Source: Octopus sinensis (lineage: Eukaryota). From it: 64,000 bases of DNA. Shown here piece by piece: positions 1 through 12,800 of the stretch. Position 1 is the stretch's first letter. Each line of letters begins with the position of its first letter. Below the pieces are notes generated by a model, which was not told the origin of the DNA, searched no databases, and was given only the letters and a program-made list of their open reading frames with translations. Position numbers and translations under genes: made by a program. The DNA lies in the NCBI RefSeq assembly GCF_006345805.1, contig NC_043019.1, forward strand, positions 21,947,360-22,011,359, written 5' to 3'.

Positions 1-1541
1 AACTCCTACCAAAGTAAACTTCACCTTTTGTCAATTTGGGGTCAATAAAAAAAGTGTGCCATGCCAAAGTGGTGGACTACTTGAACTGTAAGAATGTCAA
101 ACCAAATGCCTTGTGATATTTGGTCTGACTCTTGGCAATCTGAGTTCAAATCCTTCCATAATCTACTTGGGTGACAGGCTTAACCCATTGTCCAGTGTAA
201 CACCACCACCTAACATACTTGGTGCATTTAGTGAAGTACACTGTAACAAATATTCAGGCCAGGTTTCTAGTTTGAAGAAAACTTTCTTCCCCAACACTCA
301 CTCCTGGAAACTCTATAACAGGGTCATGGGAACTGCCTTCCCCTGATTAAAAAGACTTTTAAAAAATCTCATCACAAAATAATTCTGAATTTTCCCTTAA
401 AACTTGTTAAGACAGCAGCTGTGAAACATGCAGTATAGACAACTTCAACAATCTAGAAACTAGTTTTGAGACAGAATTCAAGAACAGACGTTTCACATTA
501 AATTCTGAAATGAACTACAAAACAGAAAATTTGGTATGTTGTATGAATACAACTCAATCACAAATCAAGGCACAACTGGTCTAATTATCAGCAACATTAG
601 TAATTAATAGTTATGCATTATACAGTATATATTGGAAATTGTAGTCATGAAACAGTTGTAAAAGCAATTCCATTTATTTGTCAGTGCACGAAAACAAAAC
701 TAAATTTACTTTAGTTCATATTTTCATAGCAAGAGTTTTTACAAAACTCCAGACACTTCTCAAATTTTCTTTTTATATATGCTATGTTTGAGCATAAATA
801 TTTCTTTATATCGTGTGTGTGTAAAATAGAGTGTGTTTTTGCAGTGAAATGAATATAGTAATCAGTAAAAACTACAACCTGTCTTTCTTAATTAATTCAT
901 GACAGACTTTGGAAAAAGACATGAACGTCACAAGCTCTTATATATCTCCACTCCTTAAACATTGTGTGTTTGTGTGTATGACTACATAAATAAATGTATG
1001 CAAAGTTAAAGAAGAATATTACAGTCAAGTCTCATTTTGTTTCTTTTTTTAATTTGCTGACAATTATGATCAGCTGATATATTTTGATTGGTCATGACAG
1101 AAAGAGAGTGGAAAAAAAAATACACTGTTCAGAATCTTTGGTCTGAGGAATTTTCAGGCAACTTTAAAAACACGGGTATTTGATAGCAGCTCTTGGATAG
1201 TTACACTTTATTGTGATAAAGTTCAAAGACAATGAGATACAAATAAGAAAAAAGCCAATGTAACTTTAAAAAGTTAAACTTCTCTTGAAGAAGAAGAAGA
1301 AAATTAATGAAAACCATGAAAATATGAATAACTGAAATCTCCAAATAACAAAGAAAATATCTATCTATAGCATCTTTATACAACAATATTGCATCATTTA
1401 ATATTTATATAAACTACAAAGGAAATATTGAAATAAAGAAAGGGAAGTAAAATGAGAGAGGGTTAGAAAGTATAATAAATTATAAATGCATTTATTATTC
1501 AAAGAACTTACAAAAGACATACAAATGCGTATTGTGATTAA

Positions 1542-1730
1542 ATCATCATCATCATCGTTTAACGTCCGTTTTCCATGCTAGCATGGGTTGGACGGTTCAA
1601 CTGGGGTCTGGGAAGCCAGAAGGCTGCGCCAGGCCCAATCTGATCTGGCAGTGTTTCTATAGCTGGATGCCCTTCCTAACGCCAACCACTCCGAGAGTGT
1701 AGTGGGCGCTTTTTATGTGCCACCTGCACA
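1542..1730 (-). mobile_element. RTE-tail retroposon (RTE-dependent SINE or 5'-truncated RTE 3' UTR)
   Basis: (CAT)n-TTTAACGTCCG-CCATGCTAGCATGG...GGATGCCCTTCCTAACGCCAACC; family repeated more than 15 times in the window. Confidence 0.85.
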
Positions 1731-2224
1731 AAAAATGCAATAGATAATCATATTCTTGTGTGTAAAAATTTTTGTTTAAAATGTGGTTTCACTGGATTAA
1801 TTATGTATTAACAGAAGTCAGTAATTTTAGTATAAAGGGACATCATCTTTGATCTGCGGCAAAATAACTTCAAAAAATAAATGTTGGAAAACATTAGTTT
1901 TTTTAGAATGTTTTTGGCAAGTGAAACAACAACACCTGCATTTTGATATGAAAACATAAAGGGATCATCAAAATCTGTAGGCATGATAGCTGAAGAAAAG
2001 GGCGGTAAAATGATGTACATGAAAGAATACTTCCCAAAAGCCAAGTCACACCTACCATCTTAAAGAAAGAAACGGTACACTGCAGAATGTAATTTTGAAT
2101 ATATAGAAATATAATATGTTCATAACTGAAATATCTTTGATCTGGAGTCTACCTGATCAGGGTTGATACAGGGTTAATAAAGAAATGCTCTCAGCATGTT
2201 TCAAATTAAGATCTGCTAAGCTGG

Positions 2225-2631
2225 TACTCTTTTACTCTTTACTCCTTTACTTGTTTCAGTCATTTGACTGTGGCCATGCTGGAGCACCGCCTTTTAGTCG
2301 AGCAAATCAACTCCAGGACTTATTCTTTGTAAGCCTAGTACTTATTCTATCGGTCTATTTTGCTGAACCGCTAAGTTACGGTGACGTAAACACACCAGCA
2401 TCGGTTGCCAAGTGATGTTGGGGGAACAGACACACAAACATATACACACACACACACACACATATATACGACAGGCTTCTTTCAGTTTCCATCTACCAAA
2501 TCCACTCACAAGGCTTTGGTCGGCCCAAGGCTATAGTAGAAGACTCTTGCCCAAGGTGCCACGCAGTGGGACTGAACCCGGAACCATGTGGTTGGTAAAC
2601 AAGCTACTTACCACACAGCTACTCCTACGCC
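2225..2631 (-). mobile_element. Full-length tRNA-derived CORE-type SINE
   Basis: Close reverse complement of 11443-11860. Confidence 0.88.
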
Positions 2632-4192
2632 TGTAGTTCAATACGATATACATTTAGTGATTTCATCTTTACCAATAGAATGATTGCTCTTTATTAAAGT
2701 AAATTGTCACCTGTTTGGCTAAAATGCAACCAAATCTCTCTCAAATCCTGTCCTACCATCAAAATGAAGTAAAAGACATCCCAGATGATATAGTCCAAAA
2801 TATCGTGAGTTCTACTGTCAATTTTGACATATGAGCAACCAGGTGTTTGACCAACTTACTCATTGAATTAGCTTCTGCAGTAGTTGAGTATACCACAGAC
2901 AAGCATACCCTTAACATAATTCTGAGGTATTGCCACAAGCTCCAGTCCTTATTGTGGTGTGGTATGCTTCAATGACACTGAAAGTTAGGCCAGCAGAGTG
3001 AAAGCTCCTAGTAGGGTCACCCATGCTGGACAGGTAAAGAGATAGAAGCCAGGTTAATATGGACCACTTCTTCCCAAATGTAAAAAAATTAGGTTTGTGA
3101 AGGGCCAACACCCCTACCAATAAAAAAGACCAAAAAAAGTTACTGAAGCATTGATAATAGTTCAAAATCAACAAGGCTTGGAAGAGGAAGGCTTTACAAT
3201 GAAGAGTCAAAAAACAAAGGAGAAAGGTTGTCAATGGCCTATGTTTTAAAGGGAATGAAGGACTTAAAAAGTAATTCTCAGGAAGAATCAATAAGACAGT
3301 GTGAGAAGCTGGACTTGAGAATTACGGGTACAGGACATCAGACAGGTTTCCACAGAATTTCCATGTACTCAAATTCTTTCGCAACTTGAGGCCATGGTAA
3401 AAGCACTAGCCCAAAATGTCAGACAGTAAAATTGAACCAGGCCCCTCATGATGCAGAACAAGCATTTTAACCATTTAGCCATGCCTGCATCCTGTCCTGG
3501 ATATGCAAAACAATAGATTGGACATAGCTAAAATATTTTAGATCATACAGCTGCTTAATCAAAGCAGTCCTTGGGCTAAACAATAACAAGTCAATTATGA
3601 CACTAATCACATGCATATGAATGCAATATAATAATTTCCTCCCTAATTGGTTCTTCCTTAATATAGTCAAAATGAGTCACGAACAGATAGAATTTTCTAA
3701 AATTAAAATTTCTCATTAAATAAGATACTGCTTAATTTTTGCTTGAGATACGCCGGTGCTAACTTTTACACCTAGTTTAATTCTGTGTCTAAGTGGATTA
3801 TTCCCTCTCAACCCCCAAACCCTACCCCTCGAGGTAAACCTCTATGCTTCTGTACAAGAACATGAAGTCATCCTGAGTGTATTAACCTTTTACAATAACA
3901 GTACTCATTCCAGAATCCAATTAATTTAATCAGCATACCTTTCATTATATACACGCAAAAAGCATCACCTACAAAAGAAATTTTAAACTTACCATTATCA
4001 CCACCACCACCACCACCACCACCATTTACAACTAATCATAAACTCAAACCAATGAGGAAATCTTTATGCCCTCGCCTAACATGTTACAAACAGCAATCAA
4101 AATCTCTCTTGAATCACTCTCCTTAGTCATCACTCACAAGTATGACCTGGTTGCCTGAACCACTCTTTCACTAATTATCTTAGATGCTTTAG

Positions 4193-4502
4193 TGAAGGTG
4201 CATCGTTTAGTGATTAAGATATTTGGCTCGCAATTGTAAGGTCATGAGTTCAATTCCTGGAGGCATAGTGTTTCCTTGAGCAAGACACTATGTTTCACAT
4301 TGCTTCAATCCGCTCAGCTGGAAAAATTCAGTTGTACCTGAAATTCAAAGGGTCAGCCTTGTCACATGTTGTGTCACACTGAATCTCCCTGAGAACTATG
4401 TTAACAGTATGTGTTAATTTCACCTGCATGTTAATTTCACAAGCAGGCTGTTCCGTTGATTGAATCAACTGAGATCCTCATTGTAACCGATGAAGTGCCA
4501 GT
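4193..4502 (+). mobile_element. Second tRNA-derived SINE family
   Basis: A-box-like TTTAGTGATTAAG, B-box GAGTTCAATTCC, CCTTGAGCAAGACAC domain; homologous to about 8530-9030 on the minus strand. Confidence 0.72.
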
Positions 4503-4866
4503 TTTTTGGGGGGTTTTTTAGGCACCTATGTAGACACCCTTACAACTCCACACATACCCCTTTTACCCAGCAGAACAGCAAAGATGTGACAATTGGAGGG
4601 AGAAGAGTTTGCACCAGCAGTTAGCTAGAACTCTTTTTCAGCTGAATAGACTGGTACAATATGCCTTGCTCAAGGACACAATGTGTTGCCTAATCCAGGA
4701 ATCAAACCCACAACTTAATGATCATCAGCCCAGCACCCCAACCACTGTATACATACATAAAAACATCACCTACAAATACACCACAATCACAACCACCATT
4801 TAATCTATTGCCACCATTTAATCATAAACACAAGTTAATGAGGAAGTTTCTATGTGCTCACTTAGT

Positions 4867-5042
4867 TCGTTTAACATCCGCTTTCCATGCTAGCATGGGT
4901 TGGACGGTTCAACTGGGGTATGAGAAGCCAGGAAGCTGCACCAGGCCCAGTCTGATCTGGCAGTGTTTCTACAGCTGGATGCCCTTCTTAATGCCAACCA
5001 CTCCGTGAGTGTAGTGGGTGCTTTTTACGTGCCACCAGCACA
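4867..5042 (-). mobile_element. RTE-tail retroposon copy
   Basis: Same family consensus; tail shortened. Confidence 0.8.
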
Positions 5043-5581
5043 ATAGCAGCTAAAATTTTCCTTAAATCACTCTCTACTCAAATTTAAAAAAAGGACACAT
5101 TAAACAATGTCATTGTGCAAGTACAAAATGGTGTAATATTCAGGGTTGGAAAGCCTTCACTCATAGCTAATTTTACTCAGGGCTAAACAACATCACAAGC
5201 ACTATCAACACCATCTGTAAACTATATGAAAAAAAGAAAAAAACTATGATCATCACCAACAAAGAGAGTTTTTATGCAGTTGCTCAACAAATTCTTCAGA
5301 TCACACCCACCTATTCTATAATAAAGATATATTGTACAGTGTACCCTCTGATATACAAAAACAAAAGATGGTTGCAACCAGCCTGGGGTTAAACACCAAC
5401 AGCATCAAAAACGCAATCAACAACTCCATTCACTAACATGAACACAAACACGACTCTGAAGGGTTTCTAAATCTGGTAGAAATAACAGTAAAAAATCTCC
5501 CTCGCCTCTTGAAAATAGTAAGGGATATATTATTAGACAATTAAGTTTTAGGTAAACAAAAAGAAGAATGGTCATATATAT

Positions 5582-5830
5582 ATCATCATCATCATTTAGC
5601 ATCTGCTTTCCATGCTAGCATGGGTTGGATAGTTTGACTGGGGTCTGGGAAGCCAGAAGGCTGCACCAGGCCCAGTCTGATCTGGCAATGTTTCTACGGC
5701 TGGATGCCCTTCCTAACGCCAACCACTCCGTGAGTGTAGTGGGTGCTTTTTACGTGCCACCGGCACAGGTGCCAGATGGGGCTGGCAAATGGCCACGGTC
5801 GGATGGTGCTTTTTACGTGCCATTGCAGAC
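5582..5830 (-). mobile_element. RTE-tail retroposon copy with two head modules
   Basis: Family consensus plus a duplicated GTGCTTTTTACGTGCCA module. Confidence 0.82.
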
Positions 5831-7344
5831 ACAGCTGTGTGGTTAAAAAGTTCACTTCTCAACCACATGGTTTATCTTCTATAGCTCTGGGCCAACCAAA
5901 GCCTTATAAATGGATTTGGCAGATGGAAACTAAAAGAAACTTATTGTGCATGTGTGTGTGTGTGTGTCCTTGCCTTGATATCACATGATAGTTGTAAAGG
6001 AGCATTACCATCATACAAATAATACCTTCCATGATAACATGTCTTTATTTGGGTTAGATGCAATTTCCTTACTTGGAAACAGGTGAGCATTGGTGAGAGC
6101 AAAGGCATCCAGCTAAAGAAAATCTGCCTCAACAAATTGATTTCTAACCCAAGTAAGCATGGACAAAAGAATGTTAATATATATTCTTTTATTCTTTACC
6201 AGTTGTAGTCACTGGGCTGTGGCCTTAATGGGGCAATGCCTTAAATAGCTTAGTCAATCATGATTTACTTAGGAAATTCATTTTACAGACATTACCATGT
6301 GTATCCCAGGTTTAAAATAAGAACAAGTGTCCCTGTGTGTTGTAAAACATGACTAAAAGGTTTCACAACAGAAAGTGTAAAATACTCAGAAATACTACCC
6401 AACCATGCCAGCATGGAAAAGCAAACTAAAACACAGATCATGACAACAAATTTTGTAGATAAGTATTTTTTTAAAAGGTTACTAACGTTAATCCTAATAC
6501 CAAACCACAGGAGATCTTCAATAATTTAACACACTTTCTACAGTAACCCACTGAGCATATCACTAAACTATCTGTAGCTAAATTTTTCTCCTGAACATTT
6601 GATGTAACACAGTTAAATCAATCCAATTACTTTTAATAAAGCATCATGTATGTTATTTAGAGTTTTTTAGTCTCAAGGGTAAAGGTCATGCTGGAATACT
6701 GCTTCATAACCAAGGATGATTTTATTCTATCAATTGTTTCAGTCACTGGACAACAGCTAAGCTACTTTTATATTTTTTATCTTTTACTTGTTTCAGTCAT
6801 TAGACTGTGGCCATGCTAGGGCACTGCTTTGGAGAATTTTCAGTTGAATGAAAAGTACTTTTCTTTTTTAAGCTTGCTACTTGCTATATTAGTCTTCTTT
6901 TGCTGAACCGCTAAGTTAGAATGAAGATGTTTACAGCACCTAAGTTTCATAAGCAGTCACCCATCTAAGTATTAAATCACTAATTAATGAGCCTTTTGTT
7001 TACAAGGATTGTGCAACATGTCAAGCAGCCAAGACATGCTTTCAAAATGGATCATACAAATGCTGGCACTGTTTGTATGAACAGTGAGGCCTTTGTTTAC
7101 TATCAAAACATACATGTGAAAATGAGGAGAAATATGAACTCAATCGCACAAACATATACAACAGGTTTCTTCCAACTATTAATTTCAATCACAAAGTATT
7201 GGTTGACTTGCAGCTATAGAAAAGGACACCAAGCAGCAATGTCCACACATTAAGACTGAACTTCTAACCATCTGGTTCAAAGCAAGCATCCTAACCACAC
7301 CGGCATACATGTGCCCATGTGTATGTGTGTGTGTGAGAGTGTAT

Positions 7345-7850
7345 ATCATCATCATCATCATTTAACGTCCGTTTTCCATGCTAGCATGGGTTGGACGGTT
7401 TGACCGGGGTCTGGGAAGCCAGGAGGCTGCACCAGGCTCTAGTCTGATTTGGCAGTGTTTCTACAGCTGGATGCCCTTCCTAACGCCAACCACTCCATGA
7501 GTGTAGTGGGTGCTTTTTACGTGCCACCGGCACAGGTGCCAGGGGAGGCTGGCAATGGCCACATTCAGATGGTGCTTTTTTACATGCCACCAGCATGGGT
7601 ATCACAACTACAATTTCCATTTGATATTTACTTTGTTGATGTACTTGACTTAATAGGTCTTCTCAAGCACAGCAGGTCACCCTACGATCCAAAGTAAGCA
7701 CAGCAGGCCATCCTATGATCCAAGGTACTTTGGATGGGCTGGTGCTGCTATGTGAAGCTGGTGCAGGAAACAGCCATGAACTCACATTATTTGTCAGGTC
7801 TTCACAGACACAGCATATCTCCAGAGGTCTCGGTCTTTCATCATTGACTC
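7345..7850 (-). mobile_element. Longer RTE-tail retroposon (extends into UTR-like sequence)
   Basis: Family tail, two modules, and a 5' extension sharing GTCTTCTCAAGCA and TCTCGGTC...TCATTG motifs with the RTE UTR at 57.2-57.45 kb. Confidence 0.78.
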
Positions 7851-7879
7851 TGTATATATGTACACATATCTTTTATCTC

Positions 7880-8059
7880 TTACTTGATTCAATCATTAAA
7901 CTGCAGCCATGCTGAGACACCTCCTTGAAGGATTTTCGTTGAATGTATTGATCCCAGTACATTCTTTTTTAAAACCTGGCACTTATTCTATCAGACTCTT
8001 TGTCAAACTGCCAAGTTATGTGAACCTAAACACACCAATGCCTATTGTCAAGTAGCTGT

Positions 8060-8101
<42 letters not shown>

Positions 8102-8420
8102 GATGGGCTTCTTTCAGTTTCCATCTACCAAATCCACACACAAGGTTTTCATCAGTCCAAGTCTATAGTAGAAGACATTTGCCCAAGGTGCTATGCAGTG
8201 CGACTGAACCTGGAACTATGAGGTTGGGAAGCAAACTTCTTACCACAAGTTTCCATGCACTTTCTGACTACCAAATTTGAATCACAACCTGAATCTATAC
8301 TAAAAGACACATGCCCAAGATGCCACATTGGATCAAAACTGGAACCACATGGTTGCAAAGTTAACTTCTTAACCACATGGTCATACCTGACCATATGGCC
8401 ATAACTGCACCTACACACAC
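7880..8420 (-). mobile_element. Degenerate CORE-type SINE plus a second tandem head fragment
   Basis: Family tail, (CA)n and two head/CORE segments. Confidence 0.7.
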
Positions 8421-8529
8421 ACACCTTTAAGAATTACTTCTGTAAAACATATAGCTTGATGTACAATCATCTCAGTCATTACCACTGACATTTTCTTCAA
8501 GAAATTTAACGGAAACATTTTATTTTTTT

Positions 8530-9030
8530 ATGGCACTCCACTGGTTATGGCGACGAATGTTCCAGTTGATTCAATCAAAGGAACAGACTGCTCATGAGAT
8601 TAACGTAAAAGTGGCTGAGCACTCCACAGACATGCATAGCCTTAACCCTTTCGTTATCGTATTTATTTTGGGATGCTCTGTGTTTCTTTCAATTACTTTA
8701 AATATAACAAAGAATTTAGTAAAATAACTTGGTTATCATTAAGCTAGTGTTAGGAACATAAATTGTGACTAAGGTTTGGTGAAAGATTTTAATTCAAAAC
8801 TTATGAAAACAAGACATTTGTACTACAGAGCCAGTTTCAGCCGGGCTGGTAACGAAAGGGTTAACATAGTTCTCAGAGTGATTCAGCATAGAAAAAAACG
8901 TAACAAGGCTGACTCCTCTGATATACAGGTATTACTCAGTTTTGGTAGCTGAGTGGATGGGGGCAACATGAAATAAAGTGTCTTGCTCAAGGACACAATG
9001 CACTGCTGGGTTGTGAACCAAATACTCTAA
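8530..9030 (-). mobile_element. Copy of the second SINE family, interrupted by a TTAA MITE
   Basis: Matches 4193-4502 on both sides of the MITE. Confidence 0.72.
8646..8860. mobile_element. TTAA-flanked MITE (piggyBac-type ends)
   Basis: TTAA|CCCTTTCGTTA ... TAACGAAAGGG|TTAA; perfect 11-bp TIR plus duplicated TTAA. Confidence 0.85.
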
Positions 9031-10159
9031 GCACTAAGCACACAATCCAATTGGAAAAGTTTCAACCTTTTCACAAAGAATAAGATAAGAATGAACAAGA
9101 AAAGTAAAGAAGGGGTTTGGCTGTGGTGATGATGGGATTGATTAAAATAAAGTGAATGGGACATGCACTTGCATTGTGGCCCAAAACTGATAAGAGTTTT
9201 AAACTCAGTACTCCAAGCTGTACCTACCCATACACTGTGTTTATTTACATGAAACCTCAAGATGGTCAGGCGAAATGCTAAAAATAGTGGCTGATATCCT
9301 TCAAATCACACCTTAGTGTCTTAAAAATACAGGAAGGCAACATTGGGCAATGTAGTACATGGCCTTCACAGGCCCTCTGAGACTAGTGAAATGGATGTTA
9401 TTAATGTTTCTCTGGGACCATTGCAAGTCAACATCTGTGAGAAAAAAACGAGTAGGAAGGAAGTTCCAGAGAGAAAACATTTTGTTAAGGAAGATGGGTG
9501 TAATGATTAATGTAGGAGCTGGGAGGGGTGGACACAACAGATGTGATGAGATGACTGGACCCAGCTCAGAGCCTAGAAAGCTCAGAAGAGAGTAGTAATG
9601 GAGAAAGAGAGAGAGAAAAGAGACAATATGCTTGTGGCCCAGAAACTGGAGTGTGTCTAACTTATTTTATGACAATCAGTCAGGTGGCTTCTTTCCTGAA
9701 TGTCATTTCAGATATTTGTGCGCACAATAGTGGTACCATCCCAAATGTGACACCAATACTCCATTGTGGACCTCATCTGTAAAATATCAATAATTACTGG
9801 AGGAAGAACATGCCATTAAAAGAGCAAAGAGTATTCTTAATATGATTGTTTGACCTGTTAGAAATAATAGAAAATGAGTTAATGATGGACACTCTACACC
9901 ATCACGCAAACAGCAAGAAAATACAGAACATAAGACTATCCTGGAAGCACTATGTGGTCATCTGACCAGCTACAATAAAATAGTAGCTACATCACCCTCA
10001 GATCATATCCTACCACTTTTATAAGAAAGGGAAGACTCACTGCAACCTACAATACTACAATCACTAAGTCTGAAAGAAAGATGGTTTATCAGGAATACTT
10101 TTAATCACAGGTCTGCTCAATCAATCAGAGTTTGTTTGTGTGGGGCTTCAAAATCGAAA

Positions 10160-10560
10160 TCGATCAACATCAATGGAAATTGTAGCTGTGATACCAGTGC
10201 CGGTGGCACGTAAGAGAACCATCCGAACGTGGCCGTTGCCAGCACCGCCCCGACTGGCCTCCGTGCCGGTGGCATGTAATAAGCACCATCCGATCGTGGC
10301 CGTTGCCAGCCTCGCCTGACCTCCATGCCGGTGGCACGTAAAAAGCACCATCTGATTGTGGTCATTTGCCAGCCTCGTCTGGCACGTAAAAAGCACCCAT
10401 TACACTCTCGAAGTGGTTGGCGTTAGGAAGGGCATCCAGCCGTAGAAATACTGCCAAATCAGACTGGGCCTGGTGCAGCCTTCTGGCTTCATAGACCCCA
10501 GTTGAACCGTCCAACCCATGCTAGCATGGAAAAAGGACGCTAAATGATGATGATGATGAT
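10160..10560 (+). mobile_element. RTE-tail retroposon with three ~60-bp tandem head modules plus a partial fourth
   Basis: Modules GTGCCGGTGGCACGTAAAAAGCACCATCCGATCGTGGCCGTTGCCAGC at about 10197, 10263, 10325 and 10381; (GAT)n tail at 10545-10560. Confidence 0.85.
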
Positions 10561-11442
10561 AAATGATAATTTAGGTAACTGTGGCATACATTTACATAAA
10601 CTGTCTTGTTGCTCTCTTTGAATCATCATTACTATCATCATTGTTTAAGCATTCACCTATCCATGCTTGCATGTAGCAGATGGAATTCACTGAGGGCAGA
10701 TCTTCTACATCCATGGGCCTTTCCTGTCCCAAGCAAGGTAATATTCTCCAGTGGCTGAATATGTTTTCGCAAAATACTGGAGATGAATGACACTACTGAT
10801 ATGATGTGACACTTGTCTGTGACTATTGTGTAATATCAGAACACACACACACAGATGGACACACATTTGCATCCGTCATACAATGTGAAGACAAGGTAAA
10901 ACAAAACATATGCCTGCACACACACACACACACACATGTATTTATATTATATGAAAAGCTTACTTCATTTTATCAAATCCACTCACAAGGCTTTGATCAT
11001 CTTGGGGTTACAGATGGAGATGCTTACCCAAGATGCCACACAGAAGGACTGAACCTGAAACCATGTGGTTAGGAAGCAAACATTTTTTCCCAATCAGCCA
11101 TGCTTGTGTCTCTAATACAACAGATTTATTAAGCCTTGTCAGTCACCCAAATTTGTCCAAACCTGAGATATTATTTGAATAAACATTTCATAGTTTAGTT
11201 TTAATTTTTTTCAGTGGTACAATTTACATTATATATATAGTCACAGGCATTGCTGTGTGGTTGAGAAGTTTGTTTCGGGGGTTCAATTCCATTATGCAAC
11301 ACCTTGAGCAAGTGTAAGCCTTGAGTTGTCACATGTACTGTAAGTGAAATTTGATGCAATGGTACTATGCATTAAGTCTGTTGTGCATATATGTGTGTGT
11401 GTGTGTGTGTATGTGCGTATATATGCACGTGTGTGTATACAT

Positions 11443-11860
11443 GCAGGAGTGGCTGTGCGGTAAGTAGCTTGTTTACCAACCACATGGTTCCGGGTTCAGT
11501 CCCACTGCATGGTACCTTGGGCAAGTGTCTTCTACTATAGCCTCGGGCCGACCAAAGCCTTGTGAGTGGATTTGGTAGACGGAAACTGAAAGAAGCCCGT
11601 CGTATATATGTATATTTATATATATGCATGTGTATGTTTGTGTGTCTGTGTTTGTCCCCCTAGCATTGCTTGACAACCGATGCTGGTGTGTTTTATGTCC
11701 CCGTTACTTAGCGGTTCGGCAAAAGAGACCGATAGAATAAGTACTGGGCTTACAAAAGAATAAGTCCCGGGGTCGAGTTGCTCGATTAAAGGCGGTGCTC
11801 CAGCATGGCCACAGTCAAATGACTGAAACAAGTAAAAGAGTAAAAGAGAGAGTAAAGAGT
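11443..11860 (+). mobile_element. Full-length tRNA-derived CORE-type SINE
   Basis: A-box TGGCTGTGCGGT, B-box GGTTCAGTCCC (11493), CORE-like CCTTGGGCAAGTGTCTT (compare MIR CCTTGGGCAAGTTACTT), internal microsatellite, 3' GGCGGTGCTCCAGCATGGCC...TGACTGAAAC and (TAAAAGAG)n tail. Confidence 0.88.
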
Positions 11861-12443
11861 ATGTGTGCATATGTATACACGTGTGTGTATACATGCACAT
11901 GTGTGTATGCTGATAAGTTCACATTTATGTTTACTCCAGTCTAAAACTGGTATTGTCTCTGTCATGTCCTTTTATGTCCAGTAAGAAAGAGAGGACAGCA
12001 AAGTAAAATACCAGCTTGATATAAGTATAAGGAGTGGTGGTGGAAATCAATATTTTTCACTAAAGCCTCAAAGGCAGAGCCTCCAGAATGGCCAGTCCAA
12101 AGACTGAAACCAGCAAACAAAATTCAAACAACATATACTTCTTTTTTTAAGTATTCTTTAGATTCTGAGCAGAGATGCGAAAATCACCAGCAGGTTATTA
12201 GAAAATGACAAATTTGGACTGCTATGACATTTTGAAACACCTAATTGTCATAGCGAATTATAAATATGTAACAGAACAGGTGATTTGTGGGTGGATGTAG
12301 TTACGGACATGGTAGTGATGCTGTTGATTTTGAACCGGTATAATACAATGATGCATACAGGTGTTACAAGTAATGAGGCAGATGTGTGGCAGGGGATACG
12401 TACAGAAATATGTGTGTGTATATATATGTGCATGTGTATATAC

Positions 12444-12501
<58 letters not shown>

Positions 12502-12800
12502 GTGTGTCTGTTAACATAATTCAAATTAGAAAGATGGCATATTTATGAAGAAGAAGTAAATAAATGAAATGAAAAAAGTAATGAGTGGGTGGGTATGTAT
12601 GTTATTTAAATGAATAATTTAAAATATACATAATTACAAAAACTGAAAACAAACAAACCAATTTTTTACAATTCTATTTACTCTTTTTTGGTTTTTTATC
12701 ATTTTTAATTGAAAGTACTTCAAGAAATTTAGTCTAACGATATTTACTTCTTTAAGATCTCCGAATAGGATGGACATGGGTATGTGTGTCTGTGTATTGT

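Noticed and set aside
11443-11515. tRNA gene
   Set aside because: A/B boxes are present, but there is no cloverleaf, and it continues into the SINE body in many copies.
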